From Octopus vulgaris (Eukaryota), in the NCBI GenBank assembly GCA_951406725.2, contig OX597823.1, forward strand, positions 65,658,001-65,722,000: a stretch of DNA of 64,000 nucleotides. Direction: 5' to 3'. The position numbers were made by a program, and so were the translations under genes. Shown here piece after piece: positions 1 through 14,607 of the stretch (position 1 is its first letter; the number at the start of each line of letters is the position of its first letter). The notes under the pieces are model-generated. The model had not been told where the DNA came from and did no database searches. It saw only the letters and a program-made list of their open reading frames with translations.

Positions 1-181
1 ATCGAGAAGAAACAGCAATGTGCATATGTATAGATGTCTTGTATATATATGGATGTATATGTAATAAAATTTCAAATTTTAGTCAAAGTCTCGCAGTTTT
101 CGTATAGAAATATTTCAGTCCATATGTTTACGCTCTCACGCAAGTGCTCCTGTGGCGGTGCATCCAGATGGAGCTATTCTT

Positions 182-235
<54 letters not shown>

Positions 236-775
236 TGTATGAGTGTGTGTGTGTGTATGTATATGTATATATAAAAGGCAGGATGTGTGTGTATATGTGT
301 GTGTGTGTACGTGAATGTAATTTATGCACGTCCACAAATTAGCACGCATGTCGCTCCAAATTTAGGAAGACATTCGTCAATATCCTAGCTGTATTTTCGT
401 CAACTTATTTTCCCAGAGGCACCATCGGCAAGCAGCAAGATTAAATTTTCAACCTAAACTTTTCACAATTTTCAACTTGGAGAAATCACCATGGTTCCAG
501 AACAGGAGTTAACTCCCATTCTAGGGACGAGAACGTTTTGTTAAGACTGTTGTTTTTTTCTATCGACGAAAAAGTGCTTCGTTGATATATGGGCAACACA
601 CACAGACGCACAGATACACGCGCGCACACACACACATACATACAAACAAACATACACAGACACAAAGGATTTCGCACAAATTTGACACCGATGTTACTTT
701 GTTGGGTTTGAAATAAACAATTTCATTAGTTTAATAATCCTAGCTTAATCCCGGGCAAAGCCAGGTTATACTGCT

Positions 776-826
<51 letters not shown>

Positions 827-1088
827 TCAATATAGGGTGGCAAAAAAAAATTTTGTAGAATTCTTTTGCCACCAGCGGCCTAGTAGGAAAAAATTAAAAT
901 AGTCATAGACTATTGACTATATTGATTAATTATGAATTTTCTGGTTAATTCCGTAATGGAATCGACGGCTTATATTTATTTGCTGCCGATAAATTTGGCG
1001 CGAGTGCGACGATTTGAAAATTTTAGGTCAGATATTAACTTGGCAACGTCGGAAATGCCTCGTGAAAATATGTGTTCCGTCTTGGGCT

Positions 1089-1195
1089 ATTTCTTACTGA
1101 AGAATCTGAGGGCCTGTGGAAGATTGGCTTGATTTAATTTAATCAGGTTAGTTTACCATTAATCAGCAGATGAAACGGTATATCGTATAAGAAAT
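1089..1195 (+). ncRNA. Type I hammerhead ribozyme with long stem II (copy 1)
   Basis: Stem I atttctta/taagaaat; core CTGAAGA 1097-1103; stem II atctg...cagat; GAAA 1172-1175; near-palindromic stem III acggtatatcgt; cleavage triplet GUA (after 1187). Confidence 0.85.
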
Positions 1196-1581
1196 TACAG
1201 GGTAAATGTTTTTTAAATTTTCTCCTGGTTTACTGAATTAACTTTTATTTGCGGTTGAAGCTTTGGCTGTTATTTCTAGTGGGTGAATGGCCTATTATGG
1301 CCGTTCCTTTATTGTTGATGTTGAACTTAAAAATGGTCTATGACTATTTTAATTTTTTCCTACTAGGCCGCTGGTGGCAAAAGAATTCTACAAAATTTTT
1401 TTTGCCACCCTATATTGATTAATTATGAATTTTCTGGTTAATTCCGTAATGGAATCGACGGCTTATATTTATTTGCTGCCGATAAATTTGGCGCGAGTGC
1501 GACGATTTGAAAATTTTAGGTCAGATATTAACTTGGCAACGTCGGAAATGCCTCGTGAAAATATGTGTTCCGTCTTGGGCT

Positions 1582-1688
1582 ATTTCTTACTGAAGAATCT
1601 GAGGGCCTGTGGAAGATTGGCTTGATTTAATTTAATCAGGTTAGTTTACCATTAATCAGCAGATGAAACGGTATATCGTATAAGAAAT
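1582..1688 (+). ncRNA. Type I hammerhead ribozyme (copy 2)
   Basis: Identical to 1089-1195 at +493. Confidence 0.85.
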
Positions 1689-1777
1689 TACAGGGTAAAT
1701 GTTTTTTAAATTTTCTCCTGGTTTACTGAATTAACTTTTATTTGCGGTATATATGTATATATATATATACATATGGA

Positions 1778-1820
<43 letters not shown>

Positions 1821-2007
1821 CTCCATATGAGAAAGGTCTTTCAGTCTCCTTTGATAGCTTACATTAAAAAGTGGTTTTCTTTCGTTGCTTTTGCGGAATC
1901 TTAATTCTTGCTTCGTGATGGTTTCTCGGCAGTACGCTATCACACTCACACGTCCATGGTGTTTGCTATTCGTATAATCATAATAAATAATAATAATAAT
2001 ATTACTA

Positions 2008-2060
<53 letters not shown>

Positions 2061-2127
2061 CATTGTTATTATTATTACTATTGTTATTATAATTATAATT
2101 ATTATTATTATTCTTATTCTTATTCTT

Positions 2128-2158
<31 letters not shown>

Positions 2159-2164
2159 TTATTA

Positions 2165-2244
<80 letters not shown>

Positions 2245-2391
2245 AAAGTAGTAGAAGTAGTAGTATTGAAGATAAACCTATAAATCCGAAGCTAATTATA
2301 CTGCAGAATATGTGCTAAAGATAAGAACAAAAATTACATATTATGCGTGTGTGTGTCTGTGTCTGTGAGTGTATGCATGCGCGTGAGTATG

Positions 2392-2540
<149 letters not shown>

Positions 2541-4399
2541 CTATACACACACACACACATATATATATATACCGAGAGAGAGATGCATACATATTACATA
2601 TTTGCATGCATACATACATACGTACATACATACATACATACATACATACATACATACATACATACATACATACATACATACATACATGCATGCATACATA
2701 CATACACGTATTTAATTGGAAAGACAATTTCGATAAAAAGAACTGCTTGCTATACTGCAGAAAAATTGAAAAATAAATAAACTCTGAAGATAATATCCTG
2801 CAGGAATTAGCGAAAAGAGCGGGAGTAGGTTAGCGTGATTGCCAGCAATTGGTTTAAAATATATGAACGAAAACCAGGTACACGAGTTTTGGTTTTAGGT
2901 GTAAGCCCGGAAACCTCTACGAAGTCGATTCCCTGCGGGAATTCTTAGTGAGATATCTCACAAATGAAAGTAATATCTTAAAAATAAGAAACGGCGTATT
3001 TGAGAGCATAGCCTGAGGAGAAATGACAAAATCTATTAAGAAAGAAGGTATAGTGACCGTCAGAATGCAACATTATAGATGATCGGGCGTTGAACAACAT
3101 CATGATATATAAAGGAGATAATACAATGCTACAAGAAAGACTAGCATTAACTTGATATAATGCAAATGTAAGAAAGTATGACTCATATGATTTCAAGCTG
3201 GCAATCATTCAAGTCAGGATAATCTTTCAAGTCACGGTAACGGTAAAAAATTTCGACATGTACACTGTCGTGCTTTTATATAAGGGTGTATCTAATACAG
3301 TATAAAAGAATGACTTGTCTAGGATAGCATGCGACATAGCTCTCCAGATTTCCAAAGAGATTAAATAGGTTTGTCTAGGTATCATAACACTCATTAAAAA
3401 TATCTGTACTCTGACAGAAATATGGGGAAAGAATAATTAAATCTCAAGAGTTATCTAACTTTATTACAGCTACGTCCACCATACGTATGATATATTAACT
3501 ATTAGCAACAATAAAAGATTAGCTGAAAAAAGCAAAAGGTGCAAGAATATTTCAAAAGCTTTGAAATGATTCTCCCGTGGGAAAATATCGGTATATCAAT
3601 CAACACATGAACAATCACTCCAACTTAATATCGCAATAATTTAAAGTTGCTTCTGGGAATGGACTTTCATAGAGTCCATCACTATTTGATTCACAAAGGG
3701 TTAATTGCTAAAAAGTCCATCAAATATTTCCCGAGCAAGACAATACAAATTTATGAACCAAAAAATGAAAGTAGAAATCGAGTGATGAATGATGCCAAGC
3801 CTTCCCTCACTATATTCATATCTTGTGTGACAGTGAATTATAACAAAGACAGTGAACAAATACAAATGGTAAGAGGCAGCAATCGAACTTGTTCTGTATA
3901 AGTATGATTACAGCTTACTGCCTGAATAACAAAAACGAATTACTATTGTACTTTTAACCATAGCACATGTTCGATAGAAAAATCACCAGTTAATTCGTGG
4001 GGAAAATACATCAAATTACTTTGAGGATGTGAGAGTTAATAACCAGCAATACCTTACGATTAATACGATGTATGATATAAAGTAAATTAGATGAACGGCA
4101 ACATAAAAGTACTTAAAAATTAATTAACTAAACGAGTAACACATACATACACTGCTATAAATCAATATTTATGATGTATCACATTAATATTTAAGCCAAG
4201 CGAAATGACAACAATCAGTTACTGTGTATTTAGATACTTTAGCTCTTCAAGAAATAAATTACATTTGTACTATTGTCAACTGGAAAGTAAATGAACTAGA
4301 ATAATTACTTAAGAAAACATTAAGATATAATTACTACATAGCGATGCATCATACAAATTCTGCTAGAGAAATTACGGATTCAAGCTGCTTTTCCCACCA

Positions 4400-4650
4400 G
4401 CATGAAAATTTTCTTTATGTTTGAAATAAAGGTTATGCATATTTGATATTTTATCGTTCCTCTTTATTTTTTCTAGTAGTCCAGCTTCAGTCATGGCAAG
4501 TAGAACAGTATCGTCTGCATACTGTAGATTAGAAATATGCATACCATGTATTGCAATGTCATCTTCTCCCTGTATTGCTTCCCGCATTATCCACCTAGTG
4601 TCGGCACTCACTGACTCCTTTCTCATTATTTACTCGAATACAGGACTCCT
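4400..4650 (-). pseudogene. RTE-type LINE reverse transcriptase fragment
   Basis: Translation MREAIQG..IAIHGMHISNLQYADDTVLLA contains the YADD motif in a typical RTE context. Confidence 0.7.
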
Positions 4651-4939
4651 GTGAAATGGAAAGTTGCTCGATGAGCCTAATGAGGTGTTTCGGAATGTCG
4701 AGATTAGACACGGAGCGCCACAGGTGCTCATAGTTTGCTCAGTCAAATGCCTTTTTTTGTAGACAATGTAGTAAATGAAAGTTATAACGTGTGCTGTACT
4801 TTTGTTTTTCTAAATTCGTGAGAGACTCCAAATTACTTGAATTGTTCGAGTAATTTGGAGCCCAAATCTCGGGCGAAGTCAGATGTAAGAAAGAATTTAA
4901 GACATGGGTAGCTACGGCAAGGTCGTCGATGGGTAAAGG

Positions 4940-5013
4940 TTTACTACTATAGCCTCGGGTCAACAAAAGCCTTGTGAGTGAATTTTGTACACGGAAACTG
5001 ACAGAAGCCCATC

Positions 5014-5015
<2 letters not shown>
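4940..5015 (+). mobile_element. SINE fragment (same family as 52590-53045)
   Basis: tactatagcctcgggtcaacaaaagccttgtgagtg...acggaaactgacagaagccc matches the reverse complement of 52880-52950. Confidence 0.65.
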
Positions 5016-5096
<81 letters not shown>

Positions 5097-5105
5097 TATA
5101 TATAC

Positions 5106-5154
<49 letters not shown>

Positions 5155-5155
5155 C

Positions 5156-5211
<56 letters not shown>

Positions 5212-5285
5212 TATATGTGTGTGTGTGTTAACCAGTTAGACTGGTGTACCATGAAAGTTTTCTTTTACCTTATACAGTTGGCCGA

Positions 5286-5459
5286 ATAGCATAGTTAATT
5301 TGTTACAATGATCGACACGTGTTTTTGCCGCACAGAATGCGTACTTGTTTGAAGGACCCTAAACAGGGTTGCACAGATTACGCTTGGTTGAATGTGCAAC
5401 TCCATATACTCTGTGTAGCAAAAACATGTATCCGTCATTGTAACCAAATAGTTATGCTG

Positions 5460-5461
<2 letters not shown>
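5286..5461. mobile_element. MITE-like element with ~51-bp imperfect terminal inverted repeats
   Basis: 5286-5336 (atagcatagttaatttgttacaatga...gccgcacaga) is the imperfect reverse complement of 5410-5460. Confidence 0.6.
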
Positions 5462-5541
<80 letters not shown>

Positions 5542-6269
5542 CGTAATTAAACGGAGTATATGACGATGTACAAGTCTCCGTATTCTAAAAAAGTGTTTGA
5601 AATCCACTCTGCAGCGGAGTTACCCGGCAGAGGAATTATAGCGTGATTGCTAATACTAAGCAATCAGTGATGCTTATTAACAATTGATATGTTTAGCTAT
5701 AACCAGGAATACATGTGAAAGCTGCCATGGTTATCGCCTAAATAATTTCTTCCCCATACACTCATAATATGTGTGTGCGTGTGTGTATGCATATATATAA
5801 GTCTGTGTGAGTGTACGTGTGTATGTATTTATGTATGTATATGTATGAAGCACAAAAAGATTTTAGGAGAGCATATTTTAAATTTTTAAAAATTTTATAA
5901 ACTCGATACTTATGAGCCCTTTACCAAGACAAAATTTGCTAAAAGATGTAATACACTCATATTACGAATGCTGAATGTTATGTATTTTAAAATGTGCAAC
6001 GTTTCTTAAATGATCTATTTCAGTATATTTTGGAAGGTAAACGTGAGCATGCTACATAAATATTATAAATATATAATTGCAAAAAATATGGAAAAATTAT
6101 CAACATGGAATTGACTAAAAATATTGGTTTTCTGTTATGTATAAAGTTGGAAATTATATATTCTTTGCGCAGCATTAGTTATATATTCTATTTTTATGGA
6201 TTTTTGGTTGCATGGACGTGACTAGTTTTACAGTAGTGAGTAAATATTTTGAATATCTTCATGTGTAAG

Positions 6270-6490
6270 AGCACCGAACTGGCAGAATAGTTAGCACGCC
6301 GGGCAAAATGCTTAGCGGCATTTCGTCCACCTTTACGTTGTAAGTTCAAATTCCACCGAGGTCGACTTTGCCTTTCATCTTTTCGGGAACGATCAAAGTC
6401 AATATCAGTGGAGCATTCGGCTCGATCTAATGGCTTTAGACCATTACCCTAAATTTCTGCCTTTGTGCCAAAATCTGAAACCAATATTTT
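6270..6490 (+). mobile_element. tRNA-derived SINE
   Basis: A-box-like tggcagaatagttag, B-box-like gttcaaattcc, then the gaggtcgactttgcctttcatc body. Confidence 0.6.
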
Positions 6491-8275
6491 CAAGTGTCAA
6501 TTTACAAAGGCTCTAAAATGACTCAGATTGTTTACAGTGCCGTGTTTTGCGGGGTACTCAGTTCATTTTAAAGAAAATATGAATTTTAGGGTCTGCTTGG
6601 GAAGTGACAAAAATGAAAAATATTTTAACGGTATTATTAACAACAGGTGAGCGGGTGGAATCGTTAAAACCTTTGAAGAAATGCTTCACGTTACTTTGAT
6701 ATCAAATCCAGTCTTCTTCAACTTTACCTACAAATACTACAAATTACAGCCAGCTACTTGTATTGATTATACGAACACGCCATTAAATCTCACCTAAAAT
6801 GACTGCTGGGTTTGTACTTTAATTAGAAGCCATTATTAATTTTTGTACACGAAGAACTTTATAAATATCTGGATTTAAACTTCAGAATAATTTATACAAT
6901 AAATTTTAGGCTTTGATACTTGAAACTGTGTGCCTTTGTACGAAATTCTATATATCGCTTTTTAATTACAAATTAAACATTTTAACACTATCAAGTTGGT
7001 TAAAAGTATTTATTTATAATCTGTTTCACAAAGGTGAAAAATTTCTCGGATTTATTTGAGTACGTTCTGCAACGTTAGTTGGAATATCTTTTATGTAGGA
7101 ACATTACAACGAATAAATAGTTATCATCCTGCCAACATTTGAAGTTTATAAAAGAACCAATGTAACTAAATGCATCAATTCTCCCGTAAATCAGTTGAAA
7201 ATAATATAATCTAAAATTCAAAATCCCAAAGAGTATATTTCAATAGGTTGTTCCCACAAACATGTACTTTTGAAGAAATATGCTTCATTTTATATTTAGG
7301 TAGATGGTAAGTACTAAAAGTTTTTTCAGGGATGTAGTGTACCAAAAGGGAAAGCAGGAAAACACCGCATGTTAATCATTGCAAATGAGTTAGCCTTAAG
7401 AACGACTGCATCCATTATTTGTAATAACTCAGTAGGTGTGTTAAAATAAATATTATGTGGTATTTGCGAAAAATGTAAAAAAGAAACGGTAAGAAATTAT
7501 TAACATTGTCGAAGTCATATACTTCTAAATGTATAGCTTAAATTTACTAAAGGATATGTAAGAAGGTAGAAACTCTCAAAAGAGCATTGTTGAGATCTGA
7601 AGAATATGGCACGTGGCAATGTGATTATGTCTCTGTGTATCAACAACTTCCACTGTAGAGACGCTTGTTCCGTTTGGCTCCCCTTTCCTATTCTCTAATA
7701 AAGCCATATATTTCATCACTCTCCGTTTTCTTTAAACACTCGACTCTCCATAAACTATTAGAATAATTTAATTTAGAATTTGAGGAATAGAAGTTTTCAA
7801 TACCGGACTGAATTTAAAGTCTAATAAAATACAAAATAGCTAATACTACTGGCACATTATAGATCTGAGTACATACATTTTGTGAACCATCATTAAGAAA
7901 CCATCCCATGACCTGAAGGAGCTAATTATACAGGATTTCTTACGAAGTTCTTTGTATATGAATAAATTCTAAACAATGCCATAATTCCAAATGTAAGCAA
8001 TAACATTTCTTTAAAACACCTATCACAACAAACCCTACAACATAATTAACACTCCACTCATACTCAAATGCCCTAGGAGGAAAATTAACCCAACAAAGAC
8101 TATATCAAACCACGATTAACTTCAACGCATCATTGTCCGAGGGTGGGTGAGGCGAATAAAACTTCGAATAAAATTCTTGTTTAAGAATAATAAATTTGTA
8201 CTTTACAAAATTATAGAGTAATCCATCAGGTTAATATAAAACTGTTTTTATCATAACTGAATATAGAAGCAAACA

Positions 8276-8307
<32 letters not shown>

Positions 8308-8477
8308 CGTACATATGCGTGTGTATACATATATACATATATCTACACATACATACTTATATATATATATGTATGTATACATATAAAAAAAAAATATATA
8401 TATAGGTGGTGCTATTAAGTTAGACATGGCCTGGGCCAATAATGGCCGAAACCTATCAAAGTATCAAAGTATCAAAG

Positions 8478-8534
<57 letters not shown>

Positions 8535-10139
8535 ACACACACACATATATATATATGCGTGTGAGTGTATGTATTAAGACACGGGTAGGTAAAACAAATG
8601 GAAGGAGTGAGAATTGAATGTTTATATTTACTTAGCTGTAAAATGTGAAATTTATCTTTGTAAATATGCTTTATCTACGTTTATGAGTTCATAAGTTTGA
8701 TTGCATGCATGTATGCACAATCTCATGATTGATAGTCTAAATATATAAGCAATTATAATGAATAAATGGTTAAATATCACACCGAATATAGTGCCAGCGC
8801 CGTTGCAATTTTATGGACTATTAACAATATCTACAATATATGTTTGTCTTTTAAAAAAAAGGAAACAAAATGACATAGATTTTCGTAAATTCAGTTGGGT
8901 GACGCCGCAATTAACATTAACTTTAAGAATATAGCATAAAGAGATCGAATCTATTACGGATTTTATGTATACATTCAGAAATGAAATCTGCGAAAACTAT
9001 AAAAGATGAAGTGAAATGAAACGTAGTGTAGATGACAAAACGAATGTGTTCCTTTTAGAAAGATAGGGTTGATACTACGAAAATCAGAATTAGATTGCTT
9101 TAACTTTTTTTTTTATTTTTTAAATTTTATCTAGTTTCAGCTCACGAGCTGCGGCCATGCTGGGGGCACCGCCAATGATAACTGAAACTTATCATTGAAA
9201 TTGAACCAAGATACTTATGTTTCCCTACCCACCCGTTGTTGATGCAAACTGTCGCTTATCACAGATATTTCCTCATGCATATGCCTCATTCTCTGACGCA
9301 GCAAATACGATTTGAACTCAAAATTCATAGAATCGCGGCAGCTCTCGTAAAGTATTGACTTGCCACAATCAACTAATTCACCAACTCCGTGTCCTCGGCT
9401 GGGAATTATTATTATTATTATTGAAAGGAGAAAATTTAACATTTGTCTCCTCATGTATTCAACTCAGAGCTCAGAAAGTCTGAACTGATACGACAAAGCA
9501 ATTTATCCGACGCTGTAACGAGCTTAGAATCCGCTGGCGGAATAAGCGGAATAATATTGACAATACATTATCTCAGGCATTTAAGCATTTAAACAGTTAT
9601 TAAAGTTGTCCACTATCTTTACAATTCAGAAGCTGGCTTGATGCGTATACCTGTTGATTATGAGCTAAAACAATCGATTATATCTGCGACATTAAAATTC
9701 TTGCACGAAAATAGATTAGAATTTGAACAACTGATGTGCAAATTATAAAGTAGTGGCCAAAGTGGACATGGTGATATCACATAAATCATGGTGAACAACT
9801 ATAAATGCATGCTTTTACATGGCCAATACTTCCGTAAACAGAATGAAACCTGTGTGAATAAGATTCATTGAAAAGAAAAAAAAGATAAACTAGCTTGAGT
9901 ACAGCTTCAAGAGGGCAACACAAACGACAATATTGGCAACATAAGAACAGGCAATTGCCACAAGATATATGAACGGAATATCTGCAATTGTTACAATGCA
10001 TATAGCAAATGGCTCCTGTACCCTGTGGTTTCTGAAATAATAAATTGAATCTCATCAGGATAATCTACATTTGTTTCCACAAAACATATCCGAATATATC
10101 AATTTCATTATAAACAAAAGCTAGACAGATATGACCACC

Positions 10140-12597
10140 ACATGTCTACTCTTCGTGACAGCAGGTGTTCGGCATAAACTCACAGTTCAGCAATACTCGG
10201 GCACTGGACAAGAGAGGGTAGAACAGCTTCATCGCTCTACGCGCTTCTCAGGCAGGCCCAGCTGACGGCACTTCCATGCCTGTAAAATTTAGCTCGAACA
10301 GGCAGTGCGCCTCGGTAGCACTGCCAGACAAAGGATTTTTAGAAGTTATCCATAGGACGAGGCCCGAAATTTCTCCGGTTAGTTCATTCCTCATTGACAC
10401 CCAGAGAACGTCGTCGCACTTTCCCTCCACTAGCCATCTATAGAACGCTAGAGTGGAACTACCACCCACCACATTACTTGCCTGGCGGAGGGCTGTGAGC
10501 GCTTGGCACCAAGCGATGTGTCAAGCGCCCTCATCCGTCTACGCCTAATCTAGGTTTGCAGCTCAGTCAAAGAGACGAGCTGTGGAAAGTGAGTCTGACA
10601 AACGGTAACCACACATGCTCATCTGCAAGGAAAAGCTGGAGATACCATAACCCCAGTGCATGTCTACGTATCAGTAACCACGGCATAACCAGCCCTCCAT
10701 TCAGCGGTTGTTGACAGCAGATGGAACCTGATCAGTGGAACCCGGCCCTTCCACAGATAGCAGAAGAGTAAGCGCACCAGCTTGAGCAACCAGCAAACGG
10801 AACAAGGGACGACGGTCAGGCGGTAATAGATAACGGATGCAATGAACGCATTCGCCTCCTCAGCATGATCTTTCAAGGACAGCTTCCTCTCGAGCCATTT
10901 TTGGGTGAGTTTGGCTACCCTGCTCGTCAAATCGTCCCAGATTTTCTTCACCTGGAGGTCTGGACTAAACCAAACTCCGAGCAATTTAACCGGACGCCCC
11001 AAACCTCTGTTGGACGGCATAGACTTGCCTTTCCAGGTGCCGTGTTGCAAACCCACTGACGTTTCCGCGTTAAATTTTGCTCCTGTCATCGCTTCATATT
11101 CTTGTAGTGCGTCGCCAATCAGGTCTATATGCATGCGGCTCGACACTATGGCAGTGATATCGTCAGCGTAAGCAGACTCACGTCAGTGTAAGTAGACACA
11201 CATCCTAGAACACGCAGGACACCCCTCAAAGCCTCCATCTTCCGGAGTAATGGCTCAAGAGTCAGTACATGTAGAAGAGAGTAGGGAGGGCACTCGTGAC
11301 AGACGCAAGATGCTGAATGGTTCCCACAGGTGATCATTCACCTGAACAACCGAGCAGATGCCGCTGTACAAAGCAGCAATCCAACCGCCGAAACTGGACG
11401 GAAATCGGCTGCCTCGAGGACAGCTGCGAAGTATTGATGGTCGACCCAATCAAAGGCTTTATATTAATCTAAATTGATCAGAGCCCCACTCATGTCGGCT
11501 TCGTTACCTACCCTATCTATGATGTAGCGCATGATGTGGAAGTTGTCGTGAATAGTTCTGGTTGGGATGACGTATAATTGCGCCTCGTCAATCAGCTTGT
11601 CCACAACAAGCGCCAACCTCTTGGATAACACCTTGGCTAAACGTCTTCCATTCTGCATTGAGCAGAGTGATAGGCCTGATGTTTTCTATAACACCTCCAT
11701 TGTTTGGGTCTTTCTCAGCAGTGCCACCTGCTCCGCGACAGACAAAAGTGAGAATTCTCCCATTCTGCTGCCAGTTGTAATAAACGTCTGCCACGAAGCC
11801 CACAAACAAGTCTAGCAGCAAAATTTAAAGCTCGTAGGGCAGACCAGACAAACCAGTAGTAGGCCCTCCAGGTACACACCGAAATCCGCTCTGTTATCCG
11901 CCCTATTATTCGTCCTGAACACTCGAGCAAACTGCTGCTGAAAAGTCGCACACATCTCTTTCGGTTCGAACACTTCATGTTCGTTCTGGACCATAAAAGA
12001 CGGAAGGGCGGCTTCATTGTCACTTTTCGCTTCCGCCACCGCGGGCCCATCGTGACACTTTCATTCCCTCCCCGATTAGTGACCGTGCCTTAGCTCTGAC
12101 AACGCAGCCTTCGTGTTTGGCGTCAAAAAATTAGTCGAGGGCCAACCTCGCCACCGACACGTCAGTCGTGATGCCTGTCCTAAGCGCCTCATCTAAATTT
12201 CTAACTAAATCTCCCCCTAATCTATTTCATTTTATCAAGAATGTCTTGCTAAACCTAATTGGTTCTAGCCGTATTGCCCTTTTAAGAGTAAACCACCAGA
12301 TGTTGTTGAAGATTGCGCCTGTCAATGCCCACTTAACTAATTCGATATCCCGTCTCTGTAACCTTGACACACCGGTAACGACGTGTGCAGTTTCCAGTAG
12401 CCGGGACCCTGTCTGTGAAGCCCATCTAAGTCGACCGTACAGATCATAAATTTGTGGTCTGTGGAGCCGACCATATGAAATTGTGGACACCCTATTTGTC
12501 CTTGTCAGCTGCATTACAAAACACTCTAAAAACGTTCTCGATGACCCGATGTAGATTGTCCAAGTCCACATTGGCACATTCGGGTAGTCAAGTCGGT
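10140..12597 (-). mobile_element. Decayed L1/Tx1-clade non-LTR retrotransposon (ORF2: RT and flanking regions), many frameshifts
   Basis: Minus-strand peptides IENIRPITLLNAE, LAKVLSKRLALVVDKL..IHDNFHIMRYII..GALINLD(Q.KAFD), AYADDIT, EAMTGAKFN..VKLLGVWF..WLERKLSLK are L1/Tx1 RT motifs. Confidence 0.8.
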
Positions 12598-12603
12598 ACC
12601 GTG

Positions 12604-12748
12604 AAGGCGCATGGCTCAGTGGTTAGAGCGTCGAGCTTATGATTGTGAGGTTGTAAGTTCGATTCCCGGACCGGGCTGCGTGTTTTGTTCTTGAGCAATA
12701 CACTTTATTTCACATTGCTCCAGTTAATTGCTTCAGCTGTAGAAATGA
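12604..12748 (+). mobile_element. tRNA-derived SINE (5' part)
   Basis: ggcgcatggctcagtggttagagcg (A box) ... gttcgattcccgg (B box), followed by non-tRNA body. The 3' part of the family is at 26468-26705. Confidence 0.75.
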
Positions 12749-12866
12749 TGGGTGGTGAGGGCGGGGAAGACCACATCAAACTGTCTGTTCAAACTTCCGC
12801 TCTCACACCGTCACTCAATAGCCATTTATTGTTATTTCTTTGATAATTAAAAACAAAGTAGCGATA

Positions 12867-13720
12867 TCTGCGTTTCTGATCAGGAGCAGAAGTAGTTGGG
12901 GAATAACATAACCATGTGTTGAAAGGGATTCTTTGGTGTTTGAATAATTCACATCTGGAAACATGGGTGTTTTGCTTGTCATCCTTAAAAAACCCTTATC
13001 CAGGGACATTTTGAGCGGGATGGGCTACTCGACCTGAATAAAATTCTAACTGGGCCCCAACTGAAAGGCCATTCGTTGTTTATCTTGACATCAGATTACT
13101 ATGTCACGTACATATGGCTGTGATGCATGTGGCTGGTGTACCCCTATCAGACGGGTAGTCATGATGGGTATACTGGGTTTTGTATATTTTACCTCAGTGT
13201 CACTTTGATACTGATGCAGTACCAGGCAGTGGCTCTCGTAGCTTCTGATCTTAACTGATTGAAATTGTTATCATGTACATTGTTTTGTCTGAGTATAAAA
13301 GATAGGCTACAGAAAATATTCTGCTCAATACCACAGATTTGCTTGTGAGTTGTTTGACCATAGCCAGTTGAGCATGCCTCTTAGTGGCTGACGATATGTG
13401 CATCTCTGATCACGAGTAGAAGTAGTGGGGGAGCATCATAGCAATGTGTTGAGAGGAATTCTTTGGTGTTTGAATAATTCACCTCTGGAAACATGGGTGC
13501 TTCGTTCAACATCCTTAAACATCCCTTATTCAGGACCTTTTGAGCGACATGGGTTACTCGACTAGAAGAAAATTTGATATGAGATCACCATGTGGCGCAC
13601 GTATGGTTGTGATGCATGTGCCTAGTGTATCCTTATCAGACAGGTAGTCATGATGGGTATACTGGGCTTCGTATATTTTACCCCAGTGTCACTTTGATGG
13701 CATGCACTCCTCTCTCACTC
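12867..13720 (+). mobile_element. Non-coding ~500-bp interspersed repeat: partial copy (12867-13210) + full copy (13212-13720) ending in (TAA)n
   Basis: 12867-13210 aligns with 13397-13700. A third copy lies at 16887-17367. Conserved hairpin ggtgtaccc-tatca-gacgggtagtc-tgatg-ggtatact. Confidence 0.75.
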
Positions 13721-13757
13721 AATAATAATAATAATAATGATAAAAATAATGATGATG

Positions 13758-13805
<48 letters not shown>

Positions 13806-13862
13806 GTAATAATAATAATAGTAATAATAATAATAATAGTAATAGTAATAATAATAATAATA

Positions 13863-13893
<31 letters not shown>

Positions 13894-13925
13894 AAATAAT
13901 GTTAATAATAATAATAATAATAATG

Positions 13926-13990
<65 letters not shown>

Positions 13991-14025
13991 TAATAATACT
14001 ACTACTAATAATAATAATAATAATA
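13721..14025 (+). repeat. (TAA)n microsatellite, 5' flank of Dong-like element
   Basis: Directly visible. Confidence 0.95.
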
Positions 14026-14607
14026 AGAGAACAAAAATACTCTGCAAATATAACATCACAGAGAAAGATTTGCCTGAAATAAAAGAAAAGCTGAAGCAAG
14101 ATATCCTTGCCAAAGCTCAAAGGATCCGCCGGTACGAGAAACGCCAACGCTTCTTTGAACAAAACAAAAAGTTCAACTCCAACCCCAAAAAGTTCTACCA
14201 AGAACTGGGCAAAAATAAAATAGAAGTCACTGCAGCACCAACGGCAGAAGAATTGCAAGAATTCTGGTGAGAAATATGGTCGGCGAACGAACCACCAAAA
14301 AAAAGGAGTATCAAAATAACAAACTCGGCATCTGAACAACTTTGGACCCCCATAACAACTGAAGAGGTCACCCAGGCACTGCAAAGACTAAGCAACTGGA
14401 AGGCACCTGGGCATGACAAGATCCCCAACTTCTGGTTGAAATATCTAACAGAAATGCACAAAAAGCTGGCTGAAAACTTTAACAACGTACTAGCAGAGCC
14501 AGAGACAATGCCTGAATAGGCTCACGAAGGGGAAAACCATCTTAATTCCCAAATCAAATGAAACAGAAAAGCCAGAAAACTACAGACCAATAACCTGCCT
14601 CCCTACT

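Larger units (their letters stand above)
821..1748 (+). mobile_element. Hammerhead-bearing 493-bp repeat element (Penelope pLTR/retrozyme-like): inverted 90-bp piece + 1.7 tandem units
   Basis: 917-1255 repeats exactly at +493 (identical ORF track entries 932 and 1425). 821-910 is the reverse complement of 1337-1424. (TA)n flanks both sides. Each unit has a type I hammerhead. Confidence 0.8.

Noticed and set aside
2779-2892. Hammerhead candidate aaact-CTGAAGA...GAAA-accagg-TA..gagttt
   Set aside because: Stem II does not pair, and stem I is out of register with the cleavage site.
9786-10055. Cys-rich 89-aa ORF (metallothionein/toxin-like) after an AG acceptor
   Set aside because: No recognisable Cys pattern and no partner exons; cannot be supported.
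12604-12680. tRNA genes here and at 34455, 44828, 52970
   Set aside because: A/B boxes are present, but acceptor stems are not convincing and SINE bodies follow.
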